Positions 50,936-61,781 of a stretch of DNA of 64,000 bases are shown here, in pieces (the stretch's first letter is position 1; each line of letters opens with the position of its first letter). The notes below the pieces were generated by a model. The model worked only from the letters and a program-made list of their open reading frames with translations. It did not search any database and was not told the DNA's origin. The position numbers and the translations under genes are program-made. Source of the stretch: an uncultured delta proteobacterium (GTDB lineage: Bacteria > Desulfobacterota > Binatia > UBA9968); assembly GCA_963760795.1 (NCBI GenBank), contig CAVXEP010000017.1, forward strand, positions 64,001 through 128,000. Direction: 5' to 3'.

Positions 50936-51152
50936 AATGCCGAAAACCGACGAATGTGACGCTTAGAAAACTATCGCAATTGTCGTTAGTTTCGGAAAAC
51001 GGCGGAAATTTAGAAAAGATGAGGTTCGTCAAACCTCGGGGAGTGTTAAAAATTGTGACTGGCACAGTTGTCAGCTACTGGGGAAGTGCGAGGACCCGCT
51101 AAACCGGCAAGTGAAAATGCCAATCCTCCGGCCAAACTAGGGATTCATGAGA

Positions 51153-53180
51153 CTACGGACCGATGCGCGGCGGAAATGACTGGTCTCCATAGGTTTTCCC
51201 CATTTGCTCGCGCCAGATCTGTTCCGCGGACGGGAGATTTGTCGCGCCGGCATCGATGATTCTTGGAGTGATAAAAACCATCAGCTCCTCAAAGTTTTTT
51301 TGTATCGATTCACTCTTAAAGAGCCAACCCAAGATTGGAATATTTCTTAGATATGGCACGCCCCCGGTTGATTCCGAGCTCGTGTCCTTCAAAATACCAC
51401 CCAAGACAATCGTTTCACCGTCTTTGACCAAAACATTGGCCACGACTTCGCGATTAATTTCATCGAACGGGATCACGCTCGCTGAGCCACTAACCGTCGG
51501 CGAATCCGCGATCGTACTGGATTTGACGTTGATATTCATCGAGATATAACCGTCGCTCGAAACTTGCGGTGTTACGGTAAGAATAATACCAACCGGGACT
51601 TTTTCCGTTGCCACCGCGGAACCAGCTGCCGAAGAACCGCTACCCGTTGCGATGTTTGTCGAACTGGGCAAGTTAATTCTCAAGATCTTCTCGCTGCGAA
51701 TTGTCGAAGCGATATTGTTAAGCGTGACTACCGACGGGCGCGAGATGATTCGCGCGTTTCCTTCCTTTTCAGCCGCTTCAAGCGTCGCTGATAGATTTCT
51801 AAAACCGCCCAAGACACTTTGAATAACAGAGACGGTACCGCCAAATCCGCCGGGGGCTAGAGGGAAAGCGGAGCTGTTTCCGGCGAACGGCGACCCAGCT
51901 CCTTGAGCACTGCTGAAGTTAGCCCCCCCGCTGTTAAATTGTAGTCTCAGCCCGAGTGCCCGAGCGAAGGTCGGTGTCGTTTCAATCAAATTGGATTCAA
52001 TCAAAATCTGCGGGGTTCGGGTGTCCAGTTTGCTGACCAACGTACTCGCGTCCTCGATGGTTTTTTTTACGTCGCGAATCATTATCGTATTACTGCGTTC
52101 ATCGATCACCAGCGAGACATCCGGCCGTTTGCTCAAGACCGTTTTTATTTTCGCCTCGAGATCCTTAGCCTTGGCATAGTTGACATTGAAATAAACGGTC
52201 AGGAGCGGTTCGAGGTTCTCCTCGGATTTACGTGCTGCCACCACCGCATCGCGCTCGGTTTTGAGGGTGCCCGCTGTCGAGATGCGCACGACATTGCCGA
52301 TCTGCTCCTTACCGAGACCATTGGTATTGATCAGAAGATCGAGCGCTTGATCCCAGGGAACCTCCACCAGGCGCAGGGTTACCTTGCGATTGACGTCGGC
52401 CGTCACGATGATATTTAGACCGCTGATTTCGGCGAGAAGTCGGAAGATGTTTTTAATATCGGCGTCCTTGAAATCGAAGGACAGTTTTTGCCCAGTGTAC
52501 CTTTTCTCGTCAGGAATATTCCCACCGCTTGTTGAGGCGGAAGCCGGACTGTCGCCCAACGCCACCCGCGCTTGGCCGACCACGTTATCCATCCGCTTGC
52601 CGCCGAGCACCAGCGTACGCTCCTGTGTGCCGGGAATTTTTGGATCGTCGCTGCCAATGACGATGCGCAGACCGTTGTTTTCCGGAGTCACAGTATAGAC
52701 CGGCGGCGTGCTCGGAACCATGTCCGCGGTGAGTCTCAAGGAGCCTTGTGCTGAACTGAATCGCACAGTACCGATCAATTGCGTGCCGACACGGAAGGTT
52801 TCAAAATCTGCTGGTGTTCTGGCGTCGCCTATAATATCCAGAACAATTCTTGCCGGCTGGATCAATGGAAAATGACGATACTGCGAGATCGGCTTGGAGA
52901 GTTTTAATAGCAAAACCGTCTGCCCAGACTGCTCACGAACCGAAAAATCTTGAATCTGTAGCTGTTCCTCGTCGGCGCGAGCGGACGGCTGTGGCGGCGC
53001 TGGAGTTTTCGCCCTGGGGCTTGGTTGCGGCTCCACCGAGGTCGCGTTCGAGCAAGCGCTGCCATAAATGACTACCAGGATGGCTAGTAGCAACAACGGT
53101 AGATAACATAACGGTAGCGTGTAACGGCTTCTGAGCGAGCCCGCGGATTTTTGCCGATGATATGAGTCGATTCTATTCAT
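51153..53180 (-). CDS. pilQ: Type IV pilus secretin PilQ
   Basis: AMIN-like domain (PARIVLDI), YTGQKLSFDFKDADI, VPWDQALD, DERSNT, DGETIVLGG, ELMVFITPRI. Confidence 0.95.
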   Translation of the reverse strand: MNRIDSYHRQKSAGSLRSRYTLPLCYLPLLLLAILVVIYGSACSNATSVEPQPSPRAKTPAPPQPSARADEEQLQIQDFSVREQSGQTVLLLKLSKPISQYRHFPLIQPARIVLDIIGDARTPADFETFRVGTQLIGTVRFSSAQGSLRLTADMVPSTPPVYTVTPENNGLRIVIGSDDPKIPGTQERTLVLGGKRMDNVVGQARVALGDSPASASTSGGNIPDEKRYTGQKLSFDFKDADIKNIFRLLAEISGLNIIVTADVNRKVTLRLVEVPWDQALDLLINTNGLGKEQIGNVVRISTAGTLKTERDAVVAARKSEENLEPLLTVYFNVNYAKAKDLEAKIKTVLSKRPDVSLVIDERSNTIMIRDVKKTIEDASTLVSKLDTRTPQILIESNLIETTPTFARALGLRLQFNSGGANFSSAQGAGSPFAGNSSAFPLAPGGFGGTVSVIQSVLGGFRNLSATLEAAEKEGNARIISRPSVVTLNNIASTIRSEKILRINLPSSTNIATGSGSSAAGSAVATEKVPVGIILTVTPQVSSDGYISMNINVKSSTIADSPTVSGSASVIPFDEINREVVANVLVKDGETIVLGGILKDTSSESTGGVPYLRNIPILGWLFKSESIQKNFEELMVFITPRIIDAGATNLPSAEQIWREQMGKTYGDQSFPPRIGP

Positions 53181-53181
53181 C

Positions 53182-53757
53182 CTACTGCTCCACCGCCAGC
53201 CTCATGCTGACTTCGCGTCTCTTTTTCGCGCCGTATAAGTCGACGAAAAACTCCTCGACGATTAGACTATCGCGTCTAACCTCTCTTACCTTGCCATCGT
53301 TAGAGCCGATCGGCGTGCCGACTTTGACCATGTAACCGAGCCCCGAGCTATCTTCGACCAAGGCCGTCGGTTCTTTAACGTTCCAAACCACGCCGACGAG
53401 TTTGAGCTGGCCGATTTCGAAGCGCTCTAGAGGGGATAGGTTTTCCCGACGACGCGTGTTCGTGCGCACATTCAACGTAATCGGACGAAACGGATCGCGC
53501 CTCCCCGGCGCCAATCGTAGCCCCTCTGGTGCTTCGGCGTTGGTCTCTGAGGCCCCGGAGACGCTTTCGGTTGAAGGCGTAACTGCGGTCGATTTCTCCG
53601 CCTTCTCTGCTTTACTTACGGGTTGGGCCGCCGCAACCGTCTTTGCCGCCTCTACAGCTTTTGAGGACGTTGCCGGAGCGCTTGATTGTGCTAGCACTGG
53701 ACTACCGGCCAAGAGAATGAGCGAGGCGGTAAGTGTATTTTTGATCGTTCGTAACAC
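53182..53757 (-). CDS. pilP: Type IV pilus assembly protein PilP
   Basis: RRDPFRP, PLERFEIGQLKLVG, ALVED..G.GY.VKVG..IG.NDGKV. Confidence 0.92.
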   Translation of the reverse strand: MLRTIKNTLTASLILLAGSPVLAQSSAPATSSKAVEAAKTVAAAQPVSKAEKAEKSTAVTPSTESVSGASETNAEAPEGLRLAPGRRDPFRPITLNVRTNTRRRENLSPLERFEIGQLKLVGVVWNVKEPTALVEDSSGLGYMVKVGTPIGSNDGKVREVRRDSLIVEEFFVDLYGAKKRREVSMRLAVEQ

Positions 53758-53763
53758 GGCAAT

Positions 53764-54378
53764 CTATTTCTTGATTTTGACTTTATCGGCGGCTACCTTC
53801 TTACGCTCAGCGTCATCGAGAAAGCGATAGGTGGTCGCCAGGTTGGAGATATCCATCGTCATCTGATCGTTGACAACCTTGGGATTGCGAAATTCGATAT
53901 TATCGATATTGACGATGCGATTAAGCTTGCCGACTTCGTCAAAAAACCCCACTGCATTATGGAAGCCGCCGCGCACCACTATGTCCACCGGGACTTCCGC
54001 GTAGAACTCCTGGAACGCTTCATTGCGTGGACGGAACAGGACGATTTCCAAGCCCGCCTCCCGCGCTTTGTTAGAAAGATTCGTTAACAGGTCGGGAATT
54101 TCCTTGCGATCAGGCAGTTGGGCGACCGCTTCCTTGAGCTTCGTTTCCATCTCCCGAAGCTCTTTCTCAAGCCGCGCCAGGTTACCGGCCTTTTTTTCTT
54201 TGACCAACTTTTCATTGCGGGCGATGTGGACACTTTCGGCTAAGTTAGCGATAGCATCGGAATTTGGACTGTAAACGAAACTGATATACAACCCATACGC
54301 CAAACAGATAATCCCCGCCAAGATGCCAATTTTTCTGGCGACCGACTGTTCGAGGAATTTGTCGAGTAGCTGGTTCAA
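53764..54378 (-). CDS. pilO: Type IV pilus assembly protein PilO
   Basis: QLPDRKEIPDLL, FYAEVPV, L.RIVNI, TYRF. Confidence 0.93.
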   Translation of the reverse strand: MNQLLDKFLEQSVARKIGILAGIICLAYGLYISFVYSPNSDAIANLAESVHIARNEKLVKEKKAGNLARLEKELREMETKLKEAVAQLPDRKEIPDLLTNLSNKAREAGLEIVLFRPRNEAFQEFYAEVPVDIVVRGGFHNAVGFFDEVGKLNRIVNIDNIEFRNPKVVNDQMTMDISNLATTYRFLDDAERKKVAADKVKIKK

Positions 54379-54980
54379 CCGCGTTGCTCCTGTTTGGTCG
54401 ACGGATTAACGCCAGGCGCAGCCGCCGCGGCCGCAGGTGGCAAATACGACACCGAAGCTCTGATTGCGAAACGCTTGTAAGGACCGGCGTCTTGACTACT
54501 TTGAGCCGTCTCCACTAATTCGACATCCCGGAAATACGGATATTTTGCCAACGCCGTGAGAAAGTCCGCCACGGTTTGGTTATCCGCGGCGATGCCGTTC
54601 ATGCTGAGCCGACCGCCGATTTCTTTGAACTCGGTAAGCCAAAGTCTCGTCGGTGTCGCATCGGACAAACTTTGCATGACACCTACCGGACCGGCTTTTT
54701 TTCGGTTGAGATCGGTGATGACCTTGTGTTTGGCGGTGAACTCTTTTATCCGATTTTGTAAGTCGCCGACCTGCTTCACCTTGGTATTGAGTGCCTGGAT
54801 TTCGTTACGCAGGGTCGCCAGCTCGGAATCGAGTGACGTGAGTTGATAATACTGCTGGGCGAACAGACCCGCGATAATCAGTCCGGCGATCCCGAGCACG
54901 ATACCGCCAATGGCCAGCTCGCGCCGCCGGCGTATGGCTGCCAACAATTCTTTTACTGGAAGCAAATTGACGCGGATCAT
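54375..54980 (-). CDS. pilN: Type IV pilus assembly protein PilN
   Basis: MIRVNLLP motif, TM helix, coiled coil, P.RLWL. Confidence 0.93.
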   Translation of the reverse strand: MIRVNLLPVKELLAAIRRRRELAIGGIVLGIAGLIIAGLFAQQYYQLTSLDSELATLRNEIQALNTKVKQVGDLQNRIKEFTAKHKVITDLNRKKAGPVGVMQSLSDATPTRLWLTEFKEIGGRLSMNGIAADNQTVADFLTALAKYPYFRDVELVETAQSSQDAGPYKRFAIRASVSYLPPAAAAAAPGVNPSTKQEQRG

Positions 54981-56077
54981 TTGTCCCCCGGCCTGCGGAT
55001 CGACAGCCCTGTGGCAACCGCAAATACCGGCGCATTCTCAGCCAGATAAACCCGGTCAATTTTTCTGCCGACATTGAAAACCTTAAACGGTTCACTGAGC
55101 TTCACCGGAACGCTCATTCGCTCTTCCAGCATCGCGCGCAGTCCGGTTAGCCGCGCCCCGCCACCGCTCAGATAAATCGCCTTCAGCCCGTCGTTGTCGT
55201 CAGACGGCACGGCACCATACAGACTGACCGTCCGGCGAATCTCTTCGGCCAACTCCTCTGAAATGGGATGTAACGCGGACTCAAGGTCTACACCCACAGC
55301 CTTTTCCGAAACTCCAGTGATCTTGAAGCTCTCGGCTTGTTCGCGCGATAGGTTTAAATGCTGTGAAAGTCTGTCGGTAAAATAGCCACCTCCGGTGGAT
55401 AGATCGCCGGTAAATGTCGATACGCCATTTTGCAATAGCGATATGCTGGTATTCTCCGCGCCAATATGAATCAGACCGGTCACGCCCTTAATGCCGTCGG
55501 CTTCATAGTTAGCTTCAAACATGTTTTCCAGCGCGAAATAATCGACGTCCATCAGAGTAGGGGTCAGGCCAGCTTCCGAGATCGCATCGGTGTAGCTATT
55601 GACGATTTCTTTTTTGACTGCCACCAGAAGGATTTCCATCCGGTTGCCATCTTCCGATTGGCTTAACACCTGGTAATCTAGATTGACATTCTCGATGTTC
55701 TCCGGAATCACATTCTGCGCTTCAAATTCAATGTTATTTTCTAACTCGGCCGACTCTTGTTTCGGCATCTGGAATTTTTTCATGATGACGGCGCGACCCG
55801 GCACCGCGGAGATGACCTGTTTCGACGTCACGCCGCTTTGTTGAATCAGGCGCTTGATGGCATCGACGATCGGCCCAGGTTCGACGATCATATTATTTTT
55901 GATCGCGTTGCTTGGCAGCGGCACAACACCTAGATTCAAAACATGATAACCATTCTTGTCGATTGCGGTTTCGACCATCTTTATCGAAGTCGAGCCGATG
56001 TCGAGGGCAACATATCCACTACCCCCAGCCAGGGAGCCGAGAACGCCGAATTTAAGTTTGTTCCAGAGTGGCGTCAT
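54977..56077 (-). CDS. pilM: Type IV pilus assembly protein PilM
   Basis: ALDIGSTSIK, EAQ..IP, LDYQ, DVDYFALEN, LSGGGA, VATGLS.R. Confidence 0.95.
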   Translation of the reverse strand: MTPLWNKLKFGVLGSLAGGSGYVALDIGSTSIKMVETAIDKNGYHVLNLGVVPLPSNAIKNNMIVEPGPIVDAIKRLIQQSGVTSKQVISAVPGRAVIMKKFQMPKQESAELENNIEFEAQNVIPENIENVNLDYQVLSQSEDGNRMEILLVAVKKEIVNSYTDAISEAGLTPTLMDVDYFALENMFEANYEADGIKGVTGLIHIGAENTSISLLQNGVSTFTGDLSTGGGYFTDRLSQHLNLSREQAESFKITGVSEKAVGVDLESALHPISEELAEEIRRTVSLYGAVPSDDNDGLKAIYLSGGGARLTGLRAMLEERMSVPVKLSEPFKVFNVGRKIDRVYLAENAPVFAVATGLSIRRPGDK

Positions 56078-56082
56078 TAAAA

Positions 56083-56283
56083 TTATTGCTTGAAGAGTGT
56101 ATTTTTTTGCTCGATCGACAATCCCAAAGCCAACAGGATCTTGCGTTTGGTGGCCATGCGGCAGTCCTTGCCTTTTTCAATGCGATCGAGAGTCAACGGC
56201 GATATACCCGCCAAACGAGCGAGTTCAGCCTTGCTCAGCATCTTCGCTTCGCGAACCTTTTTGACGTTATTACTGTGAGCCAT
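56083..56283 (-). CDS. XRE-family helix-turn-helix protein leading the pilM operon
   Basis: VKKVRE..MLSKAELARLAGISPLTLDRIEKG; 5 nt from the pilM start. Confidence 0.88.
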   Translation of the reverse strand: MAHSNNVKKVREAKMLSKAELARLAGISPLTLDRIEKGKDCRMATKRKILLALGLSIEQKNTLFKQ

Positions 56284-56600
56284 CGCTACAGGCGGTTTGA
56301 CAGAGGATGGAAACTATTGGCAAAAGTAAGCAATACTGATCCAAAGAGACCCCTTAAGTCAACTTAAATTATATCTAAATTATGTATAAATATAGAACTT
56401 CGATGCTTCTTTCATAAGCAAACCGACTGCCAAGGACTCCCCAGCAGCGCCGTGGTACCTTCGGGATAGTTAAGGCAGTTTCATGCCATTTGACCCACCT
56501 AACGGGTTAGGGCTAAGCGACGAGTTCGCACGACCATGAGGTTCTTGGACAATTTTGCGCAAAGTTGCATTTGCCGGGAGGTGCCGGTAAGAAACTAACC

Positions 56601-58883
56601 ATGCACGAGGCGCAAAAGTTCGCTTGGGTCATCGTGCCGTCATCTCACAGAGAGCCGCTGATCTATCGCCTGCCCGCCGCCCATATAGCCAATCTGGCGC
56701 CGGGCACGCGCGTGTTGGTGCCGCTGCAGAATCGCCAAGTGACCGGAGTGGTACTGAGCATCGTCGATGAATCGCCACATAGTGATGGTCAAAGACCTGA
56801 GCGAGATTCTCGACGACCAGCCAATTGTCGATGCCGAACTGCTAAAACTGGCGCAGTGGATTTCGCAGTATTATCTCGCCCCCCTGGGCGACGTGGTTGC
56901 AACAATTCTACCGCCCAATTCGCGCCGTGACAGTCAACGGTTGGTAATCTTACAGCAACGCGATGCGGTTCCACAGGACGAGTTGGAAGACGAAGTATTG
57001 CAGGAACTCGGCAAACGTAGAGGCAAAGTTAGCCTTAAGACACTAATTGGACTGTTCTCAGGTCGGCGCATTGACCGGGCTCTGGCAAAACTGGAGGTTC
57101 GCGGGGTGATAAGCCAGGCTGAGCACTTGGCCAAAATCCGGCGCCGCAACGTTCCCCTGCCTTCGACACCGGTCTGCGACATCGATGCGCACACGACACT
57201 TATACTAAATTCGCAGCAAGCGCTTGCCTTGGATACCGTCGCGGCGGGAATCGAACAAGGTGGTTTTGAAACCTTTTTGCTCCATGGCATCACCGGCAGC
57301 GGCAAGACCGAAGTGTACCTACGCGCCATGGGATACGCACGCGAACGCGGCCGGAGCAGCATTATTTTAATTCCAGAAATTTCCCTGACACCACAACTTT
57401 TGGACCACATGCACCGCCAGTTTCCGGGAAAAGTCGGCGTGTTGCATAGTGCGCTCACCGGCGCCGAACGTTGGGCTCAATGGTGGCGGATTCTGCGCGG
57501 CGAGGTCGATGTTGTCGTCGGCGCGCGCTCGGCGGTCTTCGCGCCGCTGGCGAATCTCGGCCTGATCATCGTCGATGAAGAACATGACTCGTCGTACAAA
57601 CAAGAAGAAGGGCTGCGCTACAACGGCCGCGATGTCGCGGTGGTGCGCGGCAAGCAGTTGGGCTGTCCGGTAATCTTGGGTTCCGCCACTCCGGCCCTGG
57701 AAAGCTACGAGAACTGCCGCCAGGGGCGTTATAAGCTGGTCGAACTGACCCAACGGGTGGAGCAGCGTCCGTTGCCAGCGGTGGAAACCATCGATATGCG
57801 CTACCAGTTCGTCAAACCAGCTGCGCCAGAGAAGCCTTCCGAGTCGTTACAGAAGAATACTAAAAAGACGGTCAAGCCGCGCTTAATGGCCGCAAGCTTT
57901 ATCGCAGCGATCAAGCAAAACCTTCTCGACAAGCGTCAGACTCTGATATTTCTCAATCGCCGCGGCTTCGCCAATTTCTTGCAGTGCGGCTTATGCGGCC
58001 ATGTCTGGCATTGTCCACATTGCAGCGTGACGTTAACTTTGCATCTGCGGCGTAAACTGCTGGCTTGCCACCATTGCGATTATCGCCACGTCATGAGCGA
58101 CGTTTGTCCGGAGTGTAAAAACCCAAGCCTGGCCCCAGTGGGGACCGGTACGGAGCAGGTTGAAGAGGCACTCCGCGAACTGCTTCCCGACGCCAGAGTG
58201 GCGAGAATGGACCGCGACACCACCAGCAAGCGCGGCTCTCAAGAGGCATTGATCAGGGCTGGGAGCGCGGTGACATCGACATCTTGGTCGGCACCCAGAT
58301 GATCACCAAAGGCCATGATGTCGCCGGCGTGACACTAGTCGGCGCTCTCTCAGCGGACCTGTCGTTGAATTTACCCGACTTCCGCGCCGCCGAGCGGACT
58401 TTTCAACTGCTCAGCCAAGTCGCCGGGCGCGCCGGACGGGGCAGCGATCCGGGCCGCATGGTGATTCAAACTTACTCCCCCGATCATTATGCGATTCAGC
58501 ACTTGCCGAACCATGATTATAAGGGTTTCTTCGCCGTCGAGAGCGAATTCCGCCGGGCGCTTAGCTATCCGCCCTTCGCCAAATTAATTAATTTACGCTT
58601 CGACGGTCCCAAGGCTGAAGAAGTTGAGAGGCGCGCGAAATCCGTAGCTGCACAGTTACGCCGACTCCAAGTCCGCGAGCCAAAGTTTAACGCCGGCATC
58701 GAAGTGCTCGGCCCCGCGGCCGCGCCCATCGAAAAACTGCGCAACCGCTTTCGCTGGCAGCTCCTGCTCAAAGGGAAAAATAGCGCCAGCCTGTTGGAGT
58801 TTGCCAGCCACGCCCGCAGGCTCTCTCCTGATGGCCGCGGCGGGCGCCTCCAGATTGATGTCGATCCTTACAGTATGTTATAA
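56601..58883 (+). CDS. priA: Primosomal protein N' (two frameshifts, ~56780 and ~58260)
   Basis: GITGSGKTEVY, PEISLTPQ, DEEHD, GSATP, LNRRG, four CxxC pairs, GTQM.TKGHD, QVAGRAGR, IDVDP. Confidence 0.94.
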
Positions 58884-58896
58884 ATTTCAGTAAGTT

Positions 58897-59439
58897 ATGG
58901 CTATTTTAAAAATTCTTAAATACCCTGAGCCGGCACTTAAGAAAGTAGCGTCACCGGTGCGTGACTTCGGCGCGCAAACCGTCCAGCTGGTCAACGACAT
59001 GCTCGAAACTATGTATGCCGCGCCGGGTGTCGGCCTCGCCGCGCCGCAGGTCGGCGTATCTCAGCGTGTAGTGGTCCTCGACACCGATCACGAGAATCCC
59101 GGCAAGCAGGTTTATAAGCTTGTCAATCCGGTGATAACCCACGCGGAGGGGTCCGTGCTCTGGGAAGAGGGTTGTCTCAGTGTGGTCGACTTCACCGCCG
59201 ACGTGAAGCGCGCGGCGCAAGTGCAAGTCAGCGCTTTCGATGAGCATCAAAACGAAATCAAGATCGAAGCTGAAGGTTTGCTGGCAGTGGCACTGCAGCA
59301 CGAGATCGATCATCTCGATGGTAAACTATTCATCGACCGGATCAGCCGGTTAAAGCGTGAGCTCTATACCCGCAAGCGTATCAAGAGTCTGCGCAGCGGC
59401 GTCGAGCCGGCGCACGAACCAGCGCACATCATGATCTAA
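58897..59439 (+). CDS. def: Peptide deformylase
   Basis: GVGLAAPQVG, EEGCLS, QHEIDHLDG. Confidence 0.97.
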   Translation: MAILKILKYPEPALKKVASPVRDFGAQTVQLVNDMLETMYAAPGVGLAAPQVGVSQRVVVLDTDHENPGKQVYKLVNPVITHAEGSVLWEEGCLSVVDFTADVKRAAQVQVSAFDEHQNEIKIEAEGLLAVALQHEIDHLDGKLFIDRISRLKRELYTRKRIKSLRSGVEPAHEPAHIMI

Positions 59440-59493
59440 CCGCGGCCGTCAAGTTTCTAAAATAACTGCCGCATCGTCGAGTCATTTATTTTC

Positions 59494-60435
59494 ATGGCAG
59501 CACCCTGGCGCATCATCTTTATGGGCACGCCGCAAATCGCTGCGACGACTTTGGCGCAACTCCTCACCGGCCCAGATACCGTCGTCGGCGTGGTCACCCA
59601 GCCGAATAGCAGCGCCGGACGCGGCCAGAAAAGTTCCGCCTCGCCGGTACGAAAATTGGCCGAGTCACATGCCATCCCGGTTCTTGCCGCGGAAAAAATT
59701 CGCACCCCGGAATTTCTTCAATCGCTGCGCAATTGGCAGCCCGACATCATTGTGGTAGTTGCCTACGGCCGTATCTTGCCGAAATCGATTCTCGAGCTGG
59801 CTCCCCACGGCTGCGTCAACGTACATTACTCACTCTTGCCGAAATACCGCGGCGCCGCGCCGGCCGCCTGGACGATTATCAACGGCGAAGCGGAAGCTGG
59901 CGTCAGCACCATGAAGCTAGTGGAAAAAATGGATGCCGGGGCGATCTATTTGCAAGAGGCTATCAGGCTCAGTGGTGAGGAAACCACCGGATCGCTGCAG
60001 GCCCAGCTGACGCCCGTCGGCGCCCGGTTGTTGCTGGAAACCTTGCGCCGACTCAAATCAGGAACCCTCAGTGCAACCGAACAAGATGAAAACCTGGCGA
60101 CCCTTGCGCCAATCTTGAAGAAAGAAAACGGCCTCATCGACTGGCAGCGGCCGGCGATAGACATCGAGCGGCGGATTCGCGGCTTCGACCCTTGGCCGGG
60201 AAGTTTCACGCATTTCGCCGGCAAGATGCTGAAGATTCAGCGAGCTACAATCGTCGGCACCGAGCGACACGGCAGCCCCGGCGAAATCATCCGCGCCGAT
60301 GCGGCAGGCTTTTGGCTGGCGACCTCGTCGGGGGTCTTGAGTCTCGAAGAGGTGCAGCAAGAAAACAAAAAGCGGCTGGCGGGCGTTGAGTTTATCAAGG
60401 GCGCGAGGATTAAACCCGGTGACCGTCTTGAGTGA
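59494..60435 (+). CDS. fmt: Methionyl-tRNA formyltransferase
   Basis: IFMGTP, VVTQP, VAYGRILP, NVHYSLLPKYRGAAP, MDAG. Confidence 0.96.
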   Translation: MAAPWRIIFMGTPQIAATTLAQLLTGPDTVVGVVTQPNSSAGRGQKSSASPVRKLAESHAIPVLAAEKIRTPEFLQSLRNWQPDIIVVVAYGRILPKSILELAPHGCVNVHYSLLPKYRGAAPAAWTIINGEAEAGVSTMKLVEKMDAGAIYLQEAIRLSGEETTGSLQAQLTPVGARLLLETLRRLKSGTLSATEQDENLATLAPILKKENGLIDWQRPAIDIERRIRGFDPWPGSFTHFAGKMLKIQRATIVGTERHGSPGEIIRADAAGFWLATSSGVLSLEEVQQENKKRLAGVEFIKGARIKPGDRLE

Positions 60436-61781
60436 CGGTAAGAACGTCCGCCAAATCGCCGGCGAGATTCTGCATCGAGTCGAGAGTCAGAAGGCGTATG
60501 CCGACCTAATGCTCGATCATCATCTGCGCCGCGATGATCTTAAAGACGCTGACCGCGGGCTATTAACAGAGTTGACCTACGGGACGCTGCGCTGGCGCGG
60601 CAGGATCGACTCCAAGCTTGTACCATTGCTCGACCGGTCGTCTCTCCGATACCGATCCGTTTATTCGCAATTTACTCCGGGTCACCCTCTATCAATTGCT
60701 CTTCCTCGACAAAATTCCTGCCTATGCCGCGGTCAATGAAGCGGTCGAGATCGCTAAAGCCACACAGCCCGGAAGCGCCGGTTTCGTCAATGGCGTCCTG
60801 CGCAGTTTTCTCAGGCAATTGGCGAAGGATGGCAAGGCGAGTGACATCCAGAGTTCAGCTGCGAACCTAGCCGATGAATATTCGCATCCCCAATGGTTGG
60901 TGGATCGCTGGCGCGAATACTTTGGCGATGAGCAGGCGAAAGCATTAATGCTTGCGAGCAATCAAAAATCGCCGCTGGTGGTGCGGGCCAACTTGGGTAA
61001 GACCAGCCGCGAGAAATTATTAGCAAGCTGGGACGAACACCACATCGCGGCCGAACCCACCGCAGTCTCGGCGCAAGCCATCCGGCTGCCCACTGGTGTG
61101 AGCATTGAGACGCTACCGGGCTTTACTGAAGGATTGTTTCAAGTGCAAAGCACAGCGTCGCAACTGGTATCATACCTGGTCGGCCCGGCGTCGGGAGACC
61201 TGATTCTCGACGCGTGCGCCGCGCCGGGCGGCAAAGCCACCCATCTCGCCGAGTTGATCGGCGATCAAGGTAGCATCATCGCCATCGATACTTCGGCCCG
61301 CGGCGTTGAGAGAATCGAGCAGAATGCTCAACGCTTGGGACTAGCATCCATACAAGCCAAGTGCGCCAACGCCGGCAAGGCCTTACCGGCCAACCTCGCC
61401 GGGCTCTACGATCGCATCCTCGTCGACGCGCCATGCAGCGGTCTTGGCACTTTGCGCTCTCACCCTGAGATCAAATGGCAGCGCGATGACAGCGACATCG
61501 CCCGTCTCGCCGCTCTCCAAGCGCGCATTGTCCAGTCCGTCGCGCAATATTTAAAAGTCGGCGGCGTTCTGGTTTATTCCACATGTACCTTGACGGTCGA
61601 TGAAAATGAGCGAGTAGTAGAGAACTTCTTGCGCCAAAATAGTCGGTTTGAGTTGGCCGATGCAGCGCGCTATCTTCCCGAATCGGCGCGCCACATGGTC
61701 CACGGCAAATATTTTCAAGCGCTGCCCCAGCGCGACGACACCGATGGGTTTTTCGCAGCGCGCATGAGAAAGGTGACTTAG
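60428..61781 (+). CDS. rsmB: 16S rRNA m5C967 methyltransferase RsmB (frameshift near 60635)
   Basis: NusB-like N-terminus (DRGLLTELTYGTLR), AAVNEAV, SHPQW, DACAAPGGK, DAPCSG.G, YSTCT, DGFF. Confidence 0.93.

Noticed and set aside
56472-56488. Sigma-54 promoter upstream of XRE-pilM (TGGCATGAAACTGC)
   Set aside because: The GG-to-GC spacing is 9 nt rather than the required 10.
56601-58883. Programmed frameshifting or pseudogenisation of priA, aroC and rsmB
   Set aside because: No slippery-site context; these are housekeeping genes with intact motifs, and the same indel pattern occurs across the window.
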